NCBI GenBank assembly: GCA_046153645.1
Contig: JBJXGI010000029.1
Span: 1 to 15,252 of the forward strand
Reading direction: 5' to 3'
Length of the DNA: 15,252 nucleotides
Origin: Elusimicrobiota bacterium
Lineage (GTDB): Bacteria > Elusimicrobiota > Elusimicrobia > F11
Shown: piece by piece, positions 1 through 8,324 of the stretch
Layout of the letters: each line of letters begins with the position of its first letter
Position numbering within the stretch: the first letter of the stretch is position 1
The notes under the pieces: model-generated
Databases searched by the model: none
What the model was told of the DNA's origin: nothing
The model's input: the letters and a program-made list of their open reading frames with translations, nothing else
Program-made: the position numbers and the translations under genes

Positions 1-2199
1 CCGATCTTTTCAAATCTTGTTTTAGGGGGATTAGGTGAAAATTTTCCTACTCAAGTTTATAGTGCCCCAAGTGTTATAACAAACCAAACATTTATCTCTC
101 GTCATCAGCTTTTAGAACGACTTAAAAGACTTCGCTATCTTCCCACCAATGCCAAAATCCTTAATTTAGGCGAATTTAGGGATGATAATGATTCAATCGA
201 AATCTATCTCAAAGGTTTTCAAAATCCAACTTACAATCAAATACCTCAATTGGTAAAAATCAATTTTTCCACTGACCAAATGGGGACAATAACAGATGAA
301 AAGAGGGCTGTTATTGAGAGTTGTCTTTTAGAACCTGAGCTTATTACAGAATTATCAGGGCCGGAAAAAATCAGGAGAGAACCGACAAATTGGGAGGAAA
401 TCCCCCTCAATCTTTCTCATGCCGTTATCGCCGCTGAAGATAAACGATTTTATACACATTGGGGAATTGATGTAAAAGCGATTGCTCGCGCTGCTTTGGT
501 CAATATAAAAAGTGGATCTAAGATTCAAGGCGGAAGCACCATTACTCAACAATTAGCAAAGAACCTGTTTTTAACTCAAAAACGTACTTTTTCCAGAAAA
601 ATCGCTGAAGCCTGGTTGGCTTTATATATTGATTTACGACTCACTAAAGAGAAAATATTAACTCTTTATTTAAATCAAATTTATATGGGCCAAGATGGTT
701 TTATTAGTGTCGCGGGAATTAAATCGGCAGCGCACCATTACTTTAGTAAGGAACTCAAAGACCTCACACTTTCGGAATGTGCCATATTGGCCGGGCTTAT
801 TCGATCTCCCTTTCGCTATAACCCCATAGAACAACCTCTCAAAGCAAAATTAAGACGCGATAATGTTTTAAAAGCCATGTTAAAAGAGAATCTTATTTCT
901 CAAACTGACTTTGAAAAGGCACTTGCAGAGGGAATTGAAATCCACCTTGGAAGATCTGAAAAAAACACCACTTCAGAATTTGATTTTTTCTCCGCTGAAG
1001 TTGTGAGAAACCTTCTCCCACGCTACCGAGAAGAAATGCTTTTTCGATACGGACTCAAAATATACACGACAGTTGACCCCGTTTTGCAGAGTTTAGCCTC
1101 TATAACAGCTCAAACATCGCCACTTGAAAATGCCATTGTTAGCCTCGACATTGAAACAGGTAAAGTACTGGCGTTGGTTGGAGGAAAAGATTTTAAAAAA
1201 AGCCAATTCAACAGAGCGACCCAAGCAAAAAGACAACCTGGAAGTGTTTTCAAACCATTCGTTTACGGAGCCGCACTTGAACAAGGCATGACTCCAGCCA
1301 GCATCGTTCAAGACCGACTTCGAGCGTATAGAGATCAAAATAAAAAAATTTGGGCTCCACAAAACTTCGACCGCGTTTATCATGGTTCAGTAACAATAAG
1401 GCAAGCTTTAACCTACTCTTATAACGCTTCCACTTTAGACATCGCAGAAAAAATTGGCATTGACACATTTATCAAATTTGCCAAAAGATGCGGTATCAAA
1501 AGCCCCATTACTCCCAATTTGGCATCGGCGCTTGGCGCCTCTGAAACGAATTTACTTGAAATAACTGCAGCCTATGCCCCTTTTGCCAACGGCGGAATGA
1601 GAGTTGAACCTTATCTTGTTACCTCGATCGCTGATTATGAAGGACAAACAATTGAAATAAATTCTCCTATTCGATCGGAAGCTTTAGATCAAAATATTGC
1701 CTTTATTCTTTCATCAATGTTAGAAAGCGTGATAAAAACCGGAACTGGAAAAAGCTTAAAAACATTTGGTTGGACCACACCAACAGCGGGAAAAACAGGC
1801 ACAACCAATAAAGGAAAAGACGCTTGGTTTATTGCTTACACCAAAAAACAAATAACCGGAGTATGGGTGGGTGACGATCATGCGAAGGCACTGCAATTAT
1901 CGGGCGCCTCCCACGCCCTGCCTTTATGGGCACATTTTATGACAAAAGCTTTCCAGGATTATCCCCATGAGAATTTCTCTGAACCCAGTGGAATTGTTCG
2001 TTTGAAAGTTGACCCTACAACAGGAGAAAAAGCACGATCAGGATGCCCAGAAACAAAAGACGAAGTTTTTATTAAAGGAACAGAACCCTCAAATTTCTGT
2101 AGCACTCATTCTGGTGGATTAAAAGGATGGTTTAAAAAACTCTTCAGAAAAATCCCCAAAAAACCGTCAAACCAATTAGAAACAGATGAAGCTGGTTGA
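1..2199 (+). CDS. mrcB: Class A bifunctional penicillin-binding protein (transglycosylase/transpeptidase), PBP1B-like; 5' end lies outside the window
   Basis: The frame is open from base 1 (PIFSNLVLGGLGENFPTQVYSAPS...LLERLKRLRY...GEF...IEIYLKGF), a segment resembling the PBP1B UB2H region, so the ORF-track start at 250 is internal. GT51 motifs: EDKRF, GGSTITQQLAKN, RKIAE, KEKILTLYLNQIY. Transpeptidase motifs: SxxK (SVFK), SxN (SYN), KTG (KTGTT). PBP1B rather than PBP1A rests on the UB2H-like segment. Confidence 0.9.
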   Translation, partial: PIFSNLVLGGLGENFPTQVYSAPSVITNQTFISRHQLLERLKRLRYLPTNAKILNLGEFRDDNDSIEIYLKGFQNPTYNQIPQLVKINFSTDQMGTITDEKRAVIESCLLEPELITELSGPEKIRREPTNWEEIPLNLSHAVIAAEDKRFYTHWGIDVKAIARAALVNIKSGSKIQGGSTITQQLAKNLFLTQKRTFSRKIAEAWLALYIDLRLTKEKILTLYLNQIYMGQDGFISVAGIKSAAHHYFSKELKDLTLSECAILAGLIRSPFRYNPIEQPLKAKLRRDNVLKAMLKENLISQTDFEKALAEGIEIHLGRSEKNTTSEFDFFSAEVVRNLLPRYREEMLFRYGLKIYTTVDPVLQSLASITAQTSPLENAIVSLDIETGKVLALVGGKDFKKSQFNRATQAKRQPGSVFKPFVYGAALEQGMTPASIVQDRLRAYRDQNKKIWAPQNFDRVYHGSVTIRQALTYSYNASTLDIAEKIGIDTFIKFAKRCGIKSPITPNLASALGASETNLLEITAAYAPFANGGMRVEPYLVTSIADYEGQTIEINSPIRSEALDQNIAFILSSMLESVIKTGTGKSLKTFGWTTPTAGKTGTTNKGKDAWFIAYTKKQITGVWVGDDHAKALQLSGASHALPLWAHFMTKAFQDYPHENFSEPSGIVRLKVDPTTGEKARSGCPETKDEVFIKGTEPSNFCSTHSGGLKGWFKKLFRKIPKKPSNQLETDEAG

Positions 2200-2217
2200 A
2201 TTATTCCATCAGTTGAA

Positions 2218-2226
2218 TGCTAGAAT
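2218..2226 (+). promoter_or_regulatory. Putative extended -10 promoter element (TGcTAGAAT) for the glycosyltransferase
   Basis: TGn+TAGAAT ends 10 nt before ATG 2237. TTGAAT at 2196-2201 lies 19 nt upstream of the hexamer. No SD is visible. Confidence 0.4.
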
Positions 2227-2236
2227 GTGTTAACCA

Positions 2237-3145
2237 ATGAAACTTATTTCCATCATCGTCCCCGTTTATAATGAAAAGGGAATCCTTGAAAGACTTTTTA
2301 ATCGCTTAGAAAGCCTTATTTCAAACCATTCACAATATTCATGGGAAGTTATCTGCGTTAATGATGGGAGTCATGATGGTTCGGAACAGACATTAACAGC
2401 CTATACCCAAAAGCTTTCCTGGCTAAAAGTTATTCATCTCTCTCGTAACTTTGGACATCAAAATGCGATAACAGCTGGTCTTGAATTGGCGCAGGGACAA
2501 GCCATTGTTATTATTGATGGAGATCTTCAAGACCCACCGGAATTGATCATTGATATGGCAAAAAAATGGGAAGAAGGGTTTGATGTGGTATACGCCACCC
2601 GAAATAATAGAAAGGGAGAAACATTCCTAAAACTATTCACCGCCAATTATTTCTACAAACTTCTTAATAAAATATCTGATACTTTTATTCCCTCCAATAC
2701 GGGTGATTTTAGACTCATGAGTCGCCCTGCTTTAGATGCATTACTTAAGCTAAAAGAACACAATCGTTTCGTACGAGGAATGGTAAGCTGGGTGGGCTTC
2801 AAACAAACTCCCATCTACTTTGATAGACAGGAACGCTCATCTGGTGAAACAAAGTATTCCTTCAAAAAAATGTTTCGATTTGCCATGGATGGCATTCTGT
2901 CCTTTTCCAAAGTACCTTTTAAATTCATTTGGTTCATGGGGACTATAACGCTCAGTATTGGCATCATCCTTGGGGTATTAACGATTTGGGTAATTCCCCT
3001 TCTTTGGTTGGCTGTTAGTTTCATTTTGGGCGGAATACAACTTTTTTGCCTAGGAATTATAGGTGAGTACCTTTCTCGAATTTATGATGAGGTTAGGAAT
3101 AGACCTACTTACATCATAAAAAAAATTGATTCAAAACAAGACTAA
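2237..3145 (+). CDS. GT2-family polyprenol-phosphate glycosyltransferase (GtrB/ArnC/YkcC-like)
   Basis: [32 protein letters not shown], DxD motif (IDGDLQDPP), TGDFRLMSR, two C-terminal hydrophobic helices followed by [22 protein letters not shown]. Confidence 0.92.
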   Translation: MKLISIIVPVYNEKGILERLFNRLESLISNHSQYSWEVICVNDGSHDGSEQTLTAYTQKLSWLKVIHLSRNFGHQNAITAGLELAQGQAIVIIDGDLQDPPELIIDMAKKWEEGFDVVYATRNNRKGETFLKLFTANYFYKLLNKISDTFIPSNTGDFRLMSRPALDALLKLKEHNRFVRGMVSWVGFKQTPIYFDRQERSSGETKYSFKKMFRFAMDGILSFSKVPFKFIWFMGTITLSIGIILGVLTIWVIPLLWLAVSFILGGIQLFCLGIIGEYLSRIYDEVRNRPTYIIKKIDSKQD

Positions 3146-4971
3146 ACCTGCAAAATCTGATTTTTCTTTAATAACTCTAAAACCTTTCCAACCACAACTT
3201 CTTTTGATTCTTGCCCTGAAAGATGAATATCACTCATCAACATAAAATCCCGTTTCGAAGAATCAACCTCAATAATAAAAACTTTAAAATCCGGAATAAG
3301 GGCCTGAACTTCAGCAAAATCAGCCAATCCAATAGAATTGGTGGTAGAAATAACAATATGCCCCGCATCAAGGAATAAATGAGACACTTCAGCAAATCGT
3401 CTGACTAACTCCTGCTGTGTTGATTCAACCCAAACCAAATCAGAATCAACACCCAATAAAACATTTGAACCGTCCAACATATAAGCTGACATCCCTTTTT
3501 CAAACAAGCTCTTTTCGATTTCTCGAGCGTAACTATGTTTTCCAACACCGGCTTTCCCAACAATCATAATGAGAGCAGGTTGATGTTTAAATTTTTGAGC
3601 TCGCGCTTCCCTGCTAACGCCTCCCTTAATCCAATGAAAATCACGTAGTTTGGCTTCTGCTCGAAATTCTTCTTGATTATCTTTTTCGGCCCCAATAATA
3701 ATTCCGCCACCAGCAATATCATACCCATCTACAATGACAAATCTACCCGTCGACTCTTCATCCGTAATGGAATCAAAAGCGATACTCTGCCTGGTTTCTA
3801 AAATAACGTCAGCAACATCATGACGCCCCACATGATCCTTTTCAAGTTGACTCCCTGCTTCAGAAGCATCAATAACTTTATTAATTTTATAAATCTGAAC
3901 GGGCTGGGATTGCGTGTGAATTTTCAGTTTATAATCTTTACCTTTGATAAACGGCGTTTTTCCAAGCCAAATCATATTGGCGCGAAAACGCGTACTGACT
4001 TGGGGTAAATGATTGTCTAATGACATCAATTCACCACGCGTTACATATATTTCCTCAGACAAGGTAAGTCCAGTAGACCATCCGGCATCAATCTCTGTTC
4101 TGGGCGGAGCATTGAATCGTTCAATAGATTTCACTAGTGCTGTTTTATTCGAAGGGTGAAAAGTAACACGATCGCCAACTTTCACTTTTCCTGCTTCGAT
4201 TCTTCCTGCAATAATACGCCGATCGTCACCCTGACTGACAAATTTATATACCGCCTGAACTGGCATTCGAAATGGACGATCTGACTTTGGAGGAGCTTTT
4301 GTAAAAGCATCTAAAGCAATTAATAACGAGGGACCGCTATACCAAGGCATTTTTTTACTTTTTGTTGCTAAGTTATCCCCGTTGACCGCACTAATAGGGA
4401 TAAAAAGAGAAGGAGAAATGGCCCCAATACTAGACAAAAATCCTCTGAACTCTTTTTCGATGTTTTTGAAATGAGTTTCGTCATAATTTACCAAGTCCAT
4501 TTTATTGACACAGATAATGACTTGTTTTATCCCAAGCATGGATAAAATATAACCATGGCGACGACTGTTTTCTCGTACCCCCTCTTTCGCGTCAATAACC
4601 AAAACAGCGGCTTCCGCCCTTGCAGCGCCGGAAATCATGTTTTTCAGAAATTCAATGTGTCCCGGGGCATCAATAATAATGTAGTCACGTTTTTCCGTTT
4701 TAAAAAAACAGCGAGCCGTATCAATGGTAATACCTTGATCTTGCTCGTCACTTAACGCGTCTAAAAGGAAGGCATATTCGAAAGGTTTTCCCGTTCGTTC
4801 GCATTCTTTGCGAACACTTTCTAATTTTCCCTCTGGGAAAGAATTGGTATCGGCCAATAATCTACCAACAACCGTGCTTTTTCCATGATCAACATGCCCC
4901 GTAATAACAATATTCATGTGTTCACGAAGTTGAACGTCTTTTTTTATAATGGATTGTTCAGTTTTAGTCAT
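3142..4971 (-). CDS. cysN: Sulfate adenylyltransferase large subunit (GTPase) fused to a divergent APS-kinase-like domain (CysN/CysNC/NodQ-type)
   Basis: GTPase motifs [28 protein letters not shown]; CysN-typical [27 protein letters not shown] and TGRFVIVD. The C-terminal ~170 aa are CysC-like ([24 protein letters not shown]). Its stop overlaps the GT2 stop by 4 bp (convergent). Confidence 0.88.
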   Translation of the reverse strand: MTKTEQSIIKKDVQLREHMNIVITGHVDHGKSTVVGRLLADTNSFPEGKLESVRKECERTGKPFEYAFLLDALSDEQDQGITIDTARCFFKTEKRDYIIIDAPGHIEFLKNMISGAARAEAAVLVIDAKEGVRENSRRHGYILSMLGIKQVIICVNKMDLVNYDETHFKNIEKEFRGFLSSIGAISPSLFIPISAVNGDNLATKSKKMPWYSGPSLLIALDAFTKAPPKSDRPFRMPVQAVYKFVSQGDDRRIIAGRIEAGKVKVGDRVTFHPSNKTALVKSIERFNAPPRTEIDAGWSTGLTLSEEIYVTRGELMSLDNHLPQVSTRFRANMIWLGKTPFIKGKDYKLKIHTQSQPVQIYKINKVIDASEAGSQLEKDHVGRHDVADVILETRQSIAFDSITDEESTGRFVIVDGYDIAGGGIIIGAEKDNQEEFRAEAKLRDFHWIKGGVSREARAQKFKHQPALIMIVGKAGVGKHSYAREIEKSLFEKGMSAYMLDGSNVLLGVDSDLVWVESTQQELVRRFAEVSHLFLDAGHIVISTTNSIGLADFAEVQALIPDFKVFIIEVDSSKRDFMLMSDIHLSGQESKEVVVGKVLELLKKNQILQV

Positions 4972-5075
4972 ATATGAAATTAAAGTTGAAAGATTTATTT
5001 TAAAATTTTAATTATGATATCAAAAAAAAAATTATACCTCTCGATCTATGCATAAATGTTCCGATATTAAAAATA

Positions 5076-5099
5076 TGACAACTGTCACATTGATGTCAT
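5076..5099. promoter_or_regulatory. Candidate operator in the divergent cysN/lyase intergenic region: palindrome TGACA-ac-TGTCA plus 11-bp-period TGTCA direct repeat
   Basis: TGACAACTGTCA at 5076-5087; CTGTCAC (5082-5088) and ATGTCAT (5093-5099) are 11 bp apart. Confidence 0.35.
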
Positions 5100-5117
5100 T
5101 AAAAAATCATATAAGCT

Positions 5118-6146
5118 ATGATCATGGCGAAAAGAAATGAAAATATGACAAAAAAACGGAAGAGTCAAAATCGGGTGGGATTAAAGATCTCTTTTTCAAT
5201 ATTTTTTTGTTCTTTGTTTTTGACCTCTTCTTGCTCAAGAGCCAAAGAGCTACTTGATCCTCATTATAATCGCTCTCAAGACGAATCTAATGAAGCACCA
5301 GCAGTGGAAACACCGCCGATAGAACAACCATCTACACCATCAGATCCCTTAGCACCAAGCACTCCCCCTACTACAGCGCCAGCACCAGCAAATCCTCCTC
5401 CATCAACTCCAGCTAGTCCACCTCCCGCAACACCACCAACGCCACCATCTTTTAATTTAGATTTATCTTTCAACCCTGGTTGGCAAGCCCGATGGAATGT
5501 AAGGGATTTCTGGGGTGAAAAAAACACGCAGATTTTATCTGAAAGCGGAAAAAATTTTATTCGTGTCAAATTCCCCAAAAATTCCTATGAGCCCGCTGCC
5601 GCAGATGTCGGAATAGCTCCTTTAGGTGGTTGTGGGTTTCACGCAAAAATTTCCCCTTCTAGCGATCAATTAACTTTGAGTTATGCCATTCGTTTTGCCA
5701 ACAATTTCCAATTTATTAAGGGTGGAAAATTACCCGGTTTATACGGCGGAACCGTTCATAGTGGAGGAATGATTCCCAATGGGACGAACGGATGGTCCAC
5801 TCGATATATGTGGCGCTCCATGGGCAATGGCGCTGTTTATGCCTATTTACCAACCAGCATTGACTACGGAACATATCTGGGTGAAGGAAGATGGCGTTTT
5901 ACACCTGGTGTTTGGATGAATATAAAACAAAAAATTACTTTAAATACACCCGGAAGCAGCAATGGAAAAATTGAAGTTTGGGTTAATAACACCCTCGTTC
6001 ACACACAACAAAATGTCAAGTTTAGAACCGTTTCATCACTTAAAGTAGATGGCATATTTTTTGAACTCTTCTTTGGTGGTGATGACCCCTCCTGGGCCAC
6101 TCCCGTTGATACCCATATCGACATGACCGACTTTAAAATCAGCTAA
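5118..6146 (+). CDS. Predicted lipoprotein with Pro/Ser/Thr-rich linker and C-terminal PL14-like polysaccharide lyase domain
   Basis: Basic N-terminus, hydrophobic stretch and lipobox-like LTSSC (Cys codon 5232-5234); Pro-rich linker. PL14-typical motifs FIKGGKLPGLYGG, GWSTRYMWR, VYAYLP, G..RFTPGVW, LNTPG..NG.IEVWVN, FFGG.DPSWA. The true start may be 5124 or 5145. Confidence 0.82.
   Translation: MIMAKRNENMTKKRKSQNRVGLKISFSIFFCSLFLTSSCSRAKELLDPHYNRSQDESNEAPAVETPPIEQPSTPSDPLAPSTPPTTAPAPANPPPSTPASPPPATPPTPPSFNLDLSFNPGWQARWNVRDFWGEKNTQILSESGKNFIRVKFPKNSYEPAAADVGIAPLGGCGFHAKISPSSDQLTLSYAIRFANNFQFIKGGKLPGLYGGTVHSGGMIPNGTNGWSTRYMWRSMGNGAVYAYLPTSIDYGTYLGEGRWRFTPGVWMNIKQKITLNTPGSSNGKIEVWVNNTLVHTQQNVKFRTVSSLKVDGIFFELFFGGDDPSWATPVDTHIDMTDFKIS
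5293..5448 (+). repeat. Low-complexity Pro/Ala/Thr/Ser coding tract (linker)
   Basis: Encodes approximately EAPAVETPPIEQPSTPSDPLAPSTPPTTAPAPANPPPSTPASPPPATPPTPPS; locally C-rich. Confidence 0.8.
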
Positions 6147-6150
6147 ATAT

Positions 6151-6559
6151 TTATGCTGCCACCAACGCCTTTCGAAAGAAATCAACCAAAGAACTAACTT
6201 GTAAAACATCCAACGGTGGAAATAGAATAATTTGATTGTTAGGTGATAATCCAGCCTCTAATTGAAACCCATGAATAAAGATGAGCGGATACTGGCCTTG
6301 AAATGCAGCAAGTTCTTCTTTCGAAATAGCGGCGTCTTTAAATTTATTATTCTCAACACGAACATCAAAAACAATTTCTGATTGGTCTTCTAAGAGTTTG
6401 TATTTTCTTAACAACGTTAAAGCCTTCCTCACTTCATCTTCCGTTTCTTTTGAATCAGCAACGATATCAGTAGAAACATGAAGCCCTGCTTCCATCAACC
6501 GCGCCATAACGGCAACACGAGTTGCCTTTTCAGATTTTTCTCCTTTCAATAACAATAAA
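6151..6559 (-). pseudogene. 3' fragment of an IS-interrupted gene (hypothetical protein)
   Basis: The open frame runs from the IS boundary (6559) to the stop at 6151. The ORF-track start ATG (6573) lies inside the IS terminal repeat, so it is not the native start. The fragment is in frame with the 8011-8183 fragment if the IS is removed precisely. Confidence 0.65.
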
Positions 6560-6576
6560 CCCGGATTTTGCATTAG
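6560..6576. repeat. IS terminal inverted repeat (IRR, downstream of transposase)
   Basis: cccggattttgcattag, inverted relative to 7994-8010. Confidence 0.9.
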
Positions 6577-6579
6577 GAA

Positions 6580-7926
6580 TCAGGTCGGTAGAGGCCAAGG
6601 CGAGGCAAAAGTTTCCAAACGGCTGAACAATCCTTCAAACCAAGGTCTTCTTTTGGGGTTTAACCCGATGTGGAGAATCTTTTTTCTTGCTTTTTTCCCG
6701 AGCCAAGATCCTAATGCAAAGCAATGGAACCGCATGGTGGAAAGTTTCACAGCTTGAGGCGCTCTCAGAACAGCTTGCCGGAATAGACTCATCAAGTTGT
6801 AGGCCAATAACACCGTTCGAAAAGCCGCTTCGGTTCCATAAAAAGAATCCAGACAAAACCCGTTCATTCCAAAGTCATATTTCAGCTCTTCAATCCGGTT
6901 CTCCGCATCGGCACGACCGCGGTAGAGTCGCCACACCTCTGCCGGCGGCAATGTCAGATTTGTCACAAACGCTTGAACCCGATATCCAGGAACATTGATC
7001 AGTGTTCGCCCCACTGCTTCCGGACGTTCGCGAATATTCTGCCGAACAACGATGATTCGCCGGGGTGCACGCCAACTTTGCGCTTGATAAGTCATTTCCG
7101 AAACTTCGATTCCATCATCAACACGCAGCCAGTTCTTCAGTCCTCCAACCACGGACCTTATCACCGGGTTCATCCGGACAGCCACCACAAACGAAAGTAT
7201 TTTGTCTTCCAGCATATCGAAGAATTTACCGACGAAGAATCCGCTGTCGGCTCGCACCAGGCCTATCTTGTGTCGCTCTCCCAACAACTTCACGGACTCA
7301 TTAAAAAATTCAATAAAGCCATTGTTCGTGTTCGTGTTGCCGGATCGTAACCAAGCATGCAGAACCATCCGCACATCCGCTACAAACGCAAACAAGGGAT
7401 GGTGGCTCGCTCGTCCTTTTTTTGTCGGGTTGTAACCCACTTCCGCGCCTTCTTGTTCACCGTACCTTGTTACGACCGATGAATCAAAATCAAGAGTCAG
7501 TGTCCGGTTTGGCATTTGCTCCCAGAACCACCGGTTGATGTGACCGAAAATTTGATCCACGTCGGCTTGTTTAAACTTTCCAAAAAATCGAGTGAACGTT
7601 GAAACAGAAGCAATCTTTTTCCAGACAAATATTTCTCGTAGGGCGTCATCGAACCGAACGATCGCTGTGTGTGAAAATCGAATGCCCCCAATCCACACGC
7701 AAACAAGAAAACTTTCAATCATCGTAACAGGGTCATATCCGCGGTTCGATTTCGGTTCTGGCAATCCGCTCGTTTTCAATACCTCCTTCAGTCCCATGCG
7801 CATCATCATCTCTTTCACCAATCGGAGCCCGCCCCACGCGGTGATCGCTTTATCAGAAAATGTCCAATCCAGGCCTTCCTCAACCAGGACTTTTTTGTCC
7901 GTACTTGCAATACCGGTTTCATTCAT
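6580..7926 (-). CDS. IS1380-family DDE transposase (448 aa, apparently intact)
   Basis: ITAWGGL, TLDFDSSV (D), YNPTKKGRASHHPL, VRADSGFF (D), YRGRADAENRIEELK (YxxRxxxE); SD-like AAGGAAGGT just upstream of the ATG. Confidence 0.93.
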   Translation of the reverse strand: MNETGIASTDKKVLVEEGLDWTFSDKAITAWGGLRLVKEMMMRMGLKEVLKTSGLPEPKSNRGYDPVTMIESFLVCVWIGGIRFSHTAIVRFDDALREIFVWKKIASVSTFTRFFGKFKQADVDQIFGHINRWFWEQMPNRTLTLDFDSSVVTRYGEQEGAEVGYNPTKKGRASHHPLFAFVADVRMVLHAWLRSGNTNTNNGFIEFFNESVKLLGERHKIGLVRADSGFFVGKFFDMLEDKILSFVVAVRMNPVIRSVVGGLKNWLRVDDGIEVSEMTYQAQSWRAPRRIIVVRQNIRERPEAVGRTLINVPGYRVQAFVTNLTLPPAEVWRLYRGRADAENRIEELKYDFGMNGFCLDSFYGTEAAFRTVLLAYNLMSLFRQAVLRAPQAVKLSTMRFHCFALGSWLGKKARKKILHIGLNPKRRPWFEGLFSRLETFASPWPLPT

Positions 7927-7993
7927 GGGTTACCTTCCTTTTCATAGAAGATTTCATCATCTTGATCCATATTACCCAATCAGGCACAGCGGT

Positions 7994-8010
7994 CTATTGC
8001 AAAATCCGGG
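7994..8010. repeat. IS terminal inverted repeat (IRL)
   Basis: ctattgcaaaatccggg, reverse complement of the 6560 end with one mismatch. Confidence 0.9.
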
Positions 8011-8183
8011 TTAATCGCTGGCAGGTGTGTTAAAAGAGGGTTGGGTTTTAAAGCGGCACTCATTGAAGCCAGGCGCCGCTCTTCCCAAAAGCGGGACTCG
8101 GCTAATGAGGCAAAAACGCCTTGGTTTAAAAAGGTAACCAAGGCTATGAAAACAGTTAAAATTTTCCTTAATAAGAGTTTCAT
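8011..8183 (-). pseudogene. 5' fragment of an IS-interrupted secreted protein gene (signal peptide + ESRFWEERR motif)
   Basis: MKLLLRKILTVFIALVTFLNQGVFA is a Sec-type signal peptide with a VFA cleavage site. The reading frame enters the IS at 8010 and stops inside it at 7980. TATAAT on the minus strand (8196-8201) lies 12 nt upstream of the ATG. Confidence 0.7.
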
Positions 8184-8324
8184 TTGGGCGTTTTTATTAT
8201 AAGGAATAGATATGAATACGCCATGAAGAATTGATGAAATTCTAATGAAGAAAACCGTTTAATCAAACTAAAAAATACTAAAAATCCCCCTACAAAACAG
8301 CGTGTTTTAGATCTATATTTCCTT

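Larger units (their letters stand above)
6560..8010 (-). mobile_element. IS1380-family insertion sequence, 1451 bp
   Basis: Terminal inverted repeats CCCGGATTTTGCAtTAG (6560-6576) and the reverse complement of 7994-8010, CCCGGATTTTGCAaTAG (16/17 match). The ends start with CC as is typical for IS1380, enclose one DDE transposase, and the interior is visibly more GC-rich than the flanks. Confidence 0.92.

Noticed and set aside
250..252. ORF-track start of the PBP at 250
   Set aside because: The frame is open back to base 1 with PBP1B-like sequence, and the expected N-terminal membrane anchor is not in the window.
3142..4971. Elongation factor Tu/SelB assignment
   Set aside because: The GTPase motifs are shared, but the CysN-specific sequences and the CysC-like C-terminal domain point to sulfate adenylyltransferase.
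5276..5578. Gly-rich 100-aa minus-strand ORF
   Set aside because: Antisense mirror of the Pro-rich linker codons.
3142..6559. ISEcp1-style capture of adjacent DNA using an alternative right end
   Set aside because: By eye I found no IR-like sequence preceded by the TTAA(T) flank to the left of the IS. The nearest TTAATCC (~3626) lies inside intact cysN and does not resemble the TIR.
6556..8014. TAAA/TTAA as a 4-bp target site duplication
   Set aside because: One mismatch in four within AT-rich DNA is not significant, and assuming it breaks the reading frame of the rejoined gene.
6635..8014. Multiple short overlapping ORFs inside the IS (e.g. 6687-6998, 6973-7350, 7592-8014)
   Set aside because: Antisense or alternate-frame shadows of the GC-richer transposase, with no recognisable motifs.
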